A DNA stretch of 64,000 bases, taken from positions 40,497-104,496 of the forward strand of contig JBBDXD010000006.1 of assembly GCA_040902535.1 (NCBI GenBank), read 5' to 3'. Position 1 is the first letter of the stretch. Each line of letters starts with the position of its first letter. Origin of the DNA: Dehalococcoidia bacterium. GTDB taxonomy: Bacteria; Chloroflexota; Dehalococcoidia; DSTF01; JACRBR01. Made by a program: the position numbers and the translations under genes. The notes beneath the pieces are model-generated. The model did not search any database. It saw only the letters and a program-made list of their open reading frames with translations, and was not told the DNA's origin. Of the stretch, positions 58,288 through 64,000 are shown piece by piece.

Positions 58288-59124
58288 ATGCTTCGACGAT
58301 TCTTGCTGGTCCTGACGATCGTGCTGTTGCCCGTTGCGGCGGCCGCCTGCAACGGCGACGGTGACGGCGGCGACGATGACACCTCGCCGACCGCTGAGAC
58401 CACCGCGCGCAGTTCGACGCCGGCGGCGTCGCCCTCGAGGTCGGCGACCACCGCCGCGACCGCCGGTTCAGGGGCGACGCCGGCCGTGGAGGGCGTCGTC
58501 GACCGCGCGGACGGCGACCCCTGGACCGAAGCGCATGCCACGGCGCTGCTCGATGCGGCCCTGTTGGAGCCCGCCGACCTGCCGCTCGGACCGTGGCTGC
58601 TCCAGACCGACACTAGATCGAACAACGCCGATGCGGCCCAGGCCAATCCGGAGAGCGCCGCCTCCAACGAGCGTTGTGGCCGCCTGCTGGCGCGCACGAC
58701 CGTCAACCAGGTCGAGGACGCGATCACGGCGTTCATCGCCGGCGAAACGCTCTCGTTCTTCTCCACCGCGACCGTCTACGAGACCGAAGCGGGCGCCGAT
58801 GACTGCTCGGCGGAGTCCGCGACACGCCTCGCCGAGCCGGGAGCGCTCGCGCGCGCATTTGGCCCGTTGTTCATCGACCCCGACGCCGTCCAGATCGCGC
58901 TCGCCGACTTTCCGCCCGTCATCGAGGGCCAGTTCGCGGCCACGCTAACCGGCCAGATCGACGCCGCCGGCACCGTCATCGACCTGACGTTGTTGATCGT
59001 GGCCTTCCAGTCCGAAAACGTGACCGCAACCGTCGGCTCGGCACGCTCCGGGTCGACGCCGCCCGCCGATGAGCTACAGGAGTTCGTCGAACTGGTGCTC
59101 GCGCGCATCCAGGCGAACCAGTAG
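58288..59124 (+). CDS. hypothetical secreted lipoprotein
   Basis: Signal peptide plus lipobox (LLPVAAAAC) and a D/G-rich linker. RBS GGAGGGG. Confidence 0.55.
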   Translation: MLRRFLLVLTIVLLPVAAAACNGDGDGGDDDTSPTAETTARSSTPAASPSRSATTAATAGSGATPAVEGVVDRADGDPWTEAHATALLDAALLEPADLPLGPWLLQTDTRSNNADAAQANPESAASNERCGRLLARTTVNQVEDAITAFIAGETLSFFSTATVYETEAGADDCSAESATRLAEPGALARAFGPLFIDPDAVQIALADFPPVIEGQFAATLTGQIDAAGTVIDLTLLIVAFQSENVTATVGSARSGSTPPADELQEFVELVLARIQANQ

Positions 59125-59129
59125 CCGCC

Positions 59130-59780
59130 GTGCCGGACACCTCCCTTCGTATCGACGTCGAAGGCGCGGGCGCAGTCGGCGCGCTTCGTACCGCAGCGAA
59201 GCGCGCCGTCTGGACGTTCGTCTACGCTCCCGGCGCCAGCGCCACGCTGCAGGACCCGTTCGGCGTCTACTCCGCGAACGCGCTGGCGCAACACGGCGTC
59301 GAGGTCGTGCGCTTCGAGTTCCCGTACATGGCAGCGAAGCGAAAAGCGCCCGATCGACCGCCCCTGCTCGAAGCGACGTGGCGCGCCGTGATCGATGCCG
59401 TCCGCTCGAACGACCGCAAACTCGTCGTCGGCGGCCGGTCGATGGGTGGGCGCATCGCGTCCCAGATCGTCGCACAGGGCGTCAAGATCGACGCGCTGGC
59501 GCTGTTCGCCTATCCGCTGCACGCGCCGGGGCGGCCGGAGAAGATACGAGACGAGCACTTCCCGTCGCTCAAGTGCCGCACGCTGTTCTGTTCCGGCACG
59601 AACGACGCGTTCGCATCGCCCGGCGAACTGCGCAGCGCTGCCTCAAAAGTGAAACGCGCGAAGGTGCATCTGCTCGAGGGCGCCGATCACGGCTTCGCGG
59701 TGAAGAAGGCGTCGGGACGCACACGGGAAGATGTATGGGCGGAGGCCGTCGCGGCGATGGCGGAGTGGTTGCGCGTATAG
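59130..59780 (+). CDS. alpha/beta hydrolase (dienelactone-hydrolase/KANL3-like predicted esterase)
   Basis: Nucleophile elbow GGRSMGG. GTG start. Confidence 0.7.
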   Translation: MPDTSLRIDVEGAGAVGALRTAAKRAVWTFVYAPGASATLQDPFGVYSANALAQHGVEVVRFEFPYMAAKRKAPDRPPLLEATWRAVIDAVRSNDRKLVVGGRSMGGRIASQIVAQGVKIDALALFAYPLHAPGRPEKIRDEHFPSLKCRTLFCSGTNDAFASPGELRSAASKVKRAKVHLLEGADHGFAVKKASGRTREDVWAEAVAAMAEWLRV

Positions 59781-59817
59781 CGGGTTGGGAGGTCATTTGT
59801 CAGAGGAGGCCGGAGCA

Positions 59818-60699
59818 TTGAGACGCGCCCTGGTGCTCGGAGGCGGTGGGCCGGTCGGTGTCGCATGGGAGTGCGGCTTGCTCGCCGGTTTGGCCGAGCA
59901 TGGCGCCGACGTCTCGGACGCCGACTTCATCGTAGGGACGTCCGCGGGATCAATCGTCGGTTCGCAACTCGCATCAGGCAAGACGCCCGGGGAGATCTAT
60001 CGGCGGCAACTCGAGGCAAGTCCGCCGGGCCGGCGAGCCAGCATGCCGAGCGACCTTAGCGGACTGATACCGCGGATGATCCAGCTCTACACCTCGGATC
60101 GTCCAATCCAAGATCTTCGTGCAGAGATCGGCGCCTACGCCATTGCGGCGGAGGTCATGCCCGAAGAGGAGTGGCTGGCCGGGTTCTCATCGATAGAGCC
60201 GGCGAACGCCGACACCTGGCCGAAGCGCTTTGCCTGCACAGCCATCGATGTGAACGACGGCGCACTGGTCTTCTGGCGGGATGAGTCGCACGTGCCGCTT
60301 CTGCTCGCTGTGGCTTCAAGCTGCGCAGTGCCCGGCATTGCCTCGCCCGTGACAATCAACGGGCGGCGCTACATGGACGGCGGCATCGGGTCAACGACGA
60401 ATTCGGAGGTGGCCGCCGGCTACGACCAGGTGCTCATCGTTTCACTCACCGGAAGCACGCGCAGTCGGGCCAGCGCGATCGCGGAGGCCGTTCAACGGCG
60501 GTTTGCCGCAGAAGTCGCCGTCTTGCGCGCCGCCGGCTCCGAAGTGGAGGTGGTGTTTCCGGGTGACGACTTTGCGCAGGAAATCGGCGCGAATCTCATG
60601 GACGTCACTCTCCGGTTCCGGGCCGCAGAACTCGGTTTGCTCCAGGGGGCAACCGAGGCTGAACGAATCCGCCGGTTCTGGACAACGCCCCGGACCTAG
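59818..60699 (+). CDS. patatin-like phospholipase
   Basis: GGGxxG oxyanion motif LGGGGPVG, nucleophile GTSAGS, and DGG. TTG start after GAGGAGG. Confidence 0.8.
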   Translation: MRRALVLGGGGPVGVAWECGLLAGLAEHGADVSDADFIVGTSAGSIVGSQLASGKTPGEIYRRQLEASPPGRRASMPSDLSGLIPRMIQLYTSDRPIQDLRAEIGAYAIAAEVMPEEEWLAGFSSIEPANADTWPKRFACTAIDVNDGALVFWRDESHVPLLLAVASSCAVPGIASPVTINGRRYMDGGIGSTTNSEVAAGYDQVLIVSLTGSTRSRASAIAEAVQRRFAAEVAVLRAAGSEVEVVFPGDDFAQEIGANLMDVTLRFRAAELGLLQGATEAERIRRFWTTPRT

Positions 60700-60708
60700 C
60701 CTCGACAG

Positions 60709-61365
60709 TTACCGCTGAAACACGAACGTCCGCACGATCTCCTCCGCAAGCGATTCTACGACGAGATCGGCGTCCCCGAGATCCGCCGCCGGACGCGTCG
60801 TCGTGACGCCGATCGCGCGCATGCCGGCTGCCTTGGCAGCTTGCAGGCCCGCCGGCGCGTCTTCGATCACCACGCATTGCGACGGTGCGACCTCGACGCG
60901 TTGCGAGGCGACCAGAAAGCCTTCCGGATCCGGCTTCCCGCGCGATGCGTCCTCCTCCGCCACGAGGGCTTCGAACCGGGCGCCAATGCCCAGCGTGGCG
61001 AGGATCATGTCGAGATTCGCTCGCGGCGTGGACGTAACGACGGCCTTGGCCACTGCCTGCTCATCCAGGAAGTCCAGCAGTTCGTTTACGCCCGGCAGCA
61101 GCATCAGGTTGCCGCGCGCCGACCGCCGGAAGATCTCCTCCTTGCGCGCAGCAAGCTCCGCCAGTCTCTCCGGCTCGATGTCTTCGATCAGTCCGCCGAT
61201 GATCGCGTCGTTGCGCAGGCCGAACGTGCGATGGAAATAGTCCGCCGCCGCGTGCGGAGCGTGCTCGCGCGCGAACGCCGTCCAGGCCGAGAGATGATGC
61301 TCCCGGCTGTCGACGATCACGCCATCGAGGTCGAAGAGGACGGCAGCGCCAGCGCTACCCGGCAC
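60709..61365 (-). CDS. HAD-IA family hydrolase (beta-phosphoglucomutase-like)
   Basis: Motif I LFDLDGVIVDS, motif II TS, and motif IV (G)KPDP...EDAPAG. Confidence 0.8.
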   Translation of the reverse strand: MPGSAGAAVLFDLDGVIVDSREHHLSAWTAFAREHAPHAAADYFHRTFGLRNDAIIGGLIEDIEPERLAELAARKEEIFRRSARGNLMLLPGVNELLDFLDEQAVAKAVVTSTPRANLDMILATLGIGARFEALVAEEDASRGKPDPEGFLVASQRVEVAPSQCVVIEDAPAGLQAAKAAGMRAIGVTTTRPAADLGDADLVVESLAEEIVRTFVFQR

Positions 61366-61939
61366 GAGCGACGACTGCGAGGCGGAAGCGACGGTCGTAG
61401 TACCCGTCTGCGTACGCGTCGCAGCACTGCCGGCAGGCCACCTTGTCGCGGCGCATGCGCACGTAGCGGCGGCGGCAGTGCGGACAGATCATGTACCAGC
61501 CGCGCCGGTTCGATCGCTCCTTGTGCGCAAACGGCGGGCACGTCACGGTGATCCGCTGGTCCAACTCGTGTGCGATCAGCCGGAACTCCGGCCCGTGGGG
61601 CGCTGTCTTAATGCCGTAGCGCCACCGGGCCGCCCAGTGCGCCAGTTCGTGCTTCAGCACCAGCAGCGTCTCGTCGATGCCGTGGTCGCGATGATACAGC
61701 GTCGCGATGCGGATCTCGCCGGTGTCGGGGTAGCACCGCCCCGCGCTCGACGTCATGCGATTGCTCAGTTCGATCGTCGGGTAAGGCGCGCGCGGCATCG
61801 CCAGGATATCCCGGAAGTGCTGACGGACGAGGCGGTCCATGGCGTCCTGCAGTTCGGCCTGGAGCCAAAACTCCGGGCCGCCCAGCGGCAGCATGTAGCC
61901 TTCGCCGTTCAGCGCATCGGTCAGTGATCGATTAACCAC
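61355..61939 (-). CDS. SprT-like zinc metalloprotease domain protein with C-terminal zinc ribbon
   Basis: HELAH zincin motif plus CPHCRRRY...CRQCC. 11-nt overlap with the HAD gene. The start is GTG 61939 or ATG 61894. Confidence 0.7.
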   Translation of the reverse strand: MVNRSLTDALNGEGYMLPLGGPEFWLQAELQDAMDRLVRQHFRDILAMPRAPYPTIELSNRMTSSAGRCYPDTGEIRIATLYHRDHGIDETLLVLKHELAHWAARWRYGIKTAPHGPEFRLIAHELDQRITVTCPPFAHKERSNRRGWYMICPHCRRRYVRMRRDKVACRQCCDAYADGYYDRRFRLAVVARAG

Positions 61940-62281
61940 GATGCCCTCGAATCACCCGGGGAATCATGCTGCCACGGCCTCTTCTGTACTCTGATTGTCG
62001 GAATGCAGCCACGGTTCGCCATACCGGGGTGGGGCCCCTTTTGGCCTTCCTTACGACCCCTCGGCTGCGTGCCCCATCTTACATCGGGCGGGGTCGTTAT
62101 GTGCGGTCAAACGTGGTCCGGAAGAAGGCAATTGTGCCCTCCCCGGCGAAATTTCGCGCGCCCTTTGTCAACGCCCGCCGATCCGCATATGGCGCCGTCT
62201 TCCGGTCATCCGATCGTTCTATCGCCGACGACACGGGACAGGCCTCATTACCGGTAGTCGGGCGCACCCGGCTCGGTCGTT

Positions 62282-62301
62282 ATGAGAACGTATGTTCTCA
62301 T
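62282..62301. promoter_or_regulatory. candidate LexA (Cheo/SOS) box ATGAGAAC-gtat-GTTCTCAT
   Basis: Perfect 8-bp inverted repeat with a 4-nt spacer matching the GAAC-N4-GTTC consensus. Lies inside a 650-bp ORF-free region. Confidence 0.35.
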
Positions 62302-62592
62302 CTTTGAGGGTCGTCGCAAGCCCTTGCCGGTCGCGCCTCAAGCTGCGCCGTCAGAACGACGCCGGCACGGCGACACGCGCGCACGCTTCATCGAAAGTAA
62401 GCGCACATCGCAACGCTTCCGCCGCCATCTGCCGTGCGTGGGGCAGACGCGACGCGGCCGCAATATCGCGACCGCACTGCGTAAGGTCGTCGAGCGTGCA
62501 AGGGCGTGGTGCACGCGATGCTCTGCTCGACGGAGCGTCGGGCTCGCGTCACCGCAATTGCGCTCATATCATCGGCTTCCTAGACTGCCCGC

Positions 62593-64000
62593 ATGGTCGA
62601 ACCTGCGAACCCGGGCGCTGAGCGCGACGTCCCGTTCGAGACATCGTCCGGGCGCCCCGTGAAGCCGGTCTACAAGCCCGAGGATCTCGGCGGCTTCGAC
62701 TACCTGGGCGAACTCGGATTCCCCGGCGAGTATCCCTACACGCGCGGCGTCCAGCCGACGATGTACCGCGGGCGCTTCTGGACCATGCGCCAGTACGCCG
62801 GCTTCTCCGATGCCGAGGAATCGAACCGTCGCTACAGGTACCTGCTGTCGCAGGGGCAGACCGGGCTCTCCGTCGCCTTCGACCTGCCGACGCAGATCGG
62901 CTACGACCCCGACGACCTCATGGCCGAGGGCGAAGTCGGCAAGGTCGGCGTGTCGATCGCCTCGATCGAGGACATGGAGACGCTGTTCAAGGACATCCCG
63001 CTCGAGACGGTGACGACGTCGATGACGATCAACGCGACGGCGTCGGTACTCCTCGCGCTGTACGTCGCCGTCGCGAAGAAGCAGGGCGCCGACCTCTCGA
63101 AAGTCGGCGGCACGACCCAGAACGACATACTCAAGGAGTACATCGCCCGCGGCACCTACATCTTCCCGCCGCGCCCGTCCATGCGCCTGATCACGGACAT
63201 CTTCGCCTGGTGCAGCGAGAATCTGCCGCAGTGGAACACGATCAGCATCAGCGGCTACCACATGCGCGAGGCCGGCTGCACGGCGGCGCAGGAAGTCGGC
63301 TTTACGATTGCCGATGCCATCCAGTACACGCAGGCGGCCCTCGACCGCGGCCTGAAGATCGATGACTTCGCGCCGCGGCTGGCGTTCTTCTTCGCCTGTC
63401 ACAGCAACTTCCTGGAGGAGATCGCGAAGTTCCGCGCGGCGCGCCGTATCTGGGCCCGCGTCGTGAAGGAGCGTTTCGGCGCGAAGGACCCGCGTTCGGG
63501 CATGCTGCGCTTTCACACCCAGACCGGCGGCGCGACGCTCACGGCGCAGCAGCCCATCATGAACCTCGTCCGCACGGCGCTGCAGGGCATGTCGGCCGTG
63601 CTGGGCGGCACGCAGTCGCTGCACACGAACAGCTACGACGAAGCGCTGTCGCTACCGAGCCAGCACGCGGCAGAACTGGCACTGCGCACACAGCAGATCA
63701 TCGCGTACGAGACCGGCGTCGGCGACACGGTCGACCCGGTCGCGGGCTCGTGGTACATCGAGCATCTCACGGACGAAGTCGAGCAGGACGCGCTGGATTA
63801 CGTGAGGCGCATCGATGACATGGGCGGGGCGCTGGCGGCCGTCGAGACGGGCTTCCAGGCGAACGAGATCCACGAGAACGCGTTTCGCATTCAGCGCGAC
63901 ATCGAAGCGCGGCGCAAGATCGTCGTTGGCGTCAACGAATACGTCGATGAAGAGATGCCGCACGATGGCCTGCACAAGCACGACCCGACCGTCGGCCAGC
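62593..64000 (+). CDS. methylmalonyl-CoA mutase family large subunit, N-terminal (substrate-binding TIM barrel) part; 3' end outside window
   Basis: MCM signature ([48 protein letters not shown]). The ORF is not in the track because no stop codon falls before the window ends. Confidence 0.85.
   Translation, partial: MVEPANPGAERDVPFETSSGRPVKPVYKPEDLGGFDYLGELGFPGEYPYTRGVQPTMYRGRFWTMRQYAGFSDAEESNRRYRYLLSQGQTGLSVAFDLPTQIGYDPDDLMAEGEVGKVGVSIASIEDMETLFKDIPLETVTTSMTINATASVLLALYVAVAKKQGADLSKVGGTTQNDILKEYIARGTYIFPPRPSMRLITDIFAWCSENLPQWNTISISGYHMREAGCTAAQEVGFTIADAIQYTQAALDRGLKIDDFAPRLAFFFACHSNFLEEIAKFRAARRIWARVVKERFGAKDPRSGMLRFHTQTGGATLTAQQPIMNLVRTALQGMSAVLGGTQSLHTNSYDEALSLPSQHAAELALRTQQIIAYETGVGDTVDPVAGSWYIEHLTDEVEQDALDYVRRIDDMGGALAAVETGFQANEIHENAFRIQRDIEARRKIVVGVNEYVDEEMPHDGLHKHDPTVGQ

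Noticed and set aside
61940-62592. Cobalamin riboswitch upstream of methylmalonyl-CoA mutase
   Set aside because: No B12-box-like conserved core could be recognised by eye, and B12 riboswitches normally precede transport or biosynthesis genes rather than the mutase. It would need an Rfam scan to exclude fully.
62282-62662. 126-aa ORF starting at the palindrome
   Set aside because: The translation is Arg/Ser/Pro-rich with no start context and overlaps the mutase 5' end in another frame, so it is probably non-coding.
62569-63624. 351-aa minus-strand ORF over the mutase gene
   Set aside because: It is antisense to the methylmalonyl-CoA mutase reading frame, which has unmistakable family motifs.
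1-64000. tRNA, rRNA, CRISPR arrays, IS elements or integrases
   Set aside because: No GTTCGAATC-type T-loop or cloverleaf candidates, no regularly spaced direct repeats with unique spacers, and no transposase or integrase-like ORFs were found in any frame.

Overview
The window is 64 kb of a high-GC (about 68%) bacterial chromosome. The density of GGAGG ribosome-binding sites, F420-linked genes, an MmpL transporter and a Gram-positive-type SOS-box motif point to Chloroflexi (Thermomicrobia-like) or a deep Actinobacterium. Gene density is high, with about 65 protein genes on both strands and no rRNA, tRNA, CRISPR array or recognisable intact mobile element. The functional blocks are:

- 1-5.2 kb: a DUF883/holin-X/DUF3618 membrane-stress trio, a CDF metal exporter, CofD (F420 biosynthesis), an MFS transporter and Yip1.
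- 5.2-15.3 kb: rsmG, a GreA-family factor with an N-terminal extension, a crotonase plus acyl-CoA synthetase pair, a D-threonine-aldolase-like PLP enzyme, an F420-dependent LLM oxidoreductase and an aldo/keto reductase.
- 14.9-21.5 kb: a three-component signalling locus (orphan REC, a LuxR-type regulator, and a 1815-aa sensor kinase carrying five tandem GAF domains).
- 21.5-22.5 kb: about 1 kb that is ORF-poor and lower in GC, followed by two translationally coupled small ORFs and MmpL.
- 25.4-36.9 kb: redox and accessory enzymes (P450, pirin, SDR, AidB-like ACAD, TauE, a serine hydrolase, two tandem PQQ-dependent sugar dehydrogenases, PAP2).
- 37.0-43.7 kb: a complete pstSCAB-phoU-phoP-phoR phosphate regulon cluster with a candidate Pho box.
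- 43.7-52.9 kb: small enzymes plus a frameshifted pseudogene.
- 53.1-55.2 kb: a PP2C-like/TM/NHL-propeller membrane protein next to a SufR-like regulator.
- 55.7-62.0 kb: ilvD, a lipoprotein, an esterase, a patatin, HAD and a SprT-like protease.
- 62.6 kb onward: a partial methylmalonyl-CoA mutase gene.

The most unusual signals are the multi-GAF kinase system, the ORF-poor region with small coupled ORFs, a short interspersed repeat family at convergent gene ends, several heptamer tandem repeats in promoters, a Cheo/SOS-box-like palindrome, the frameshifted gene, and two low-GC islands.
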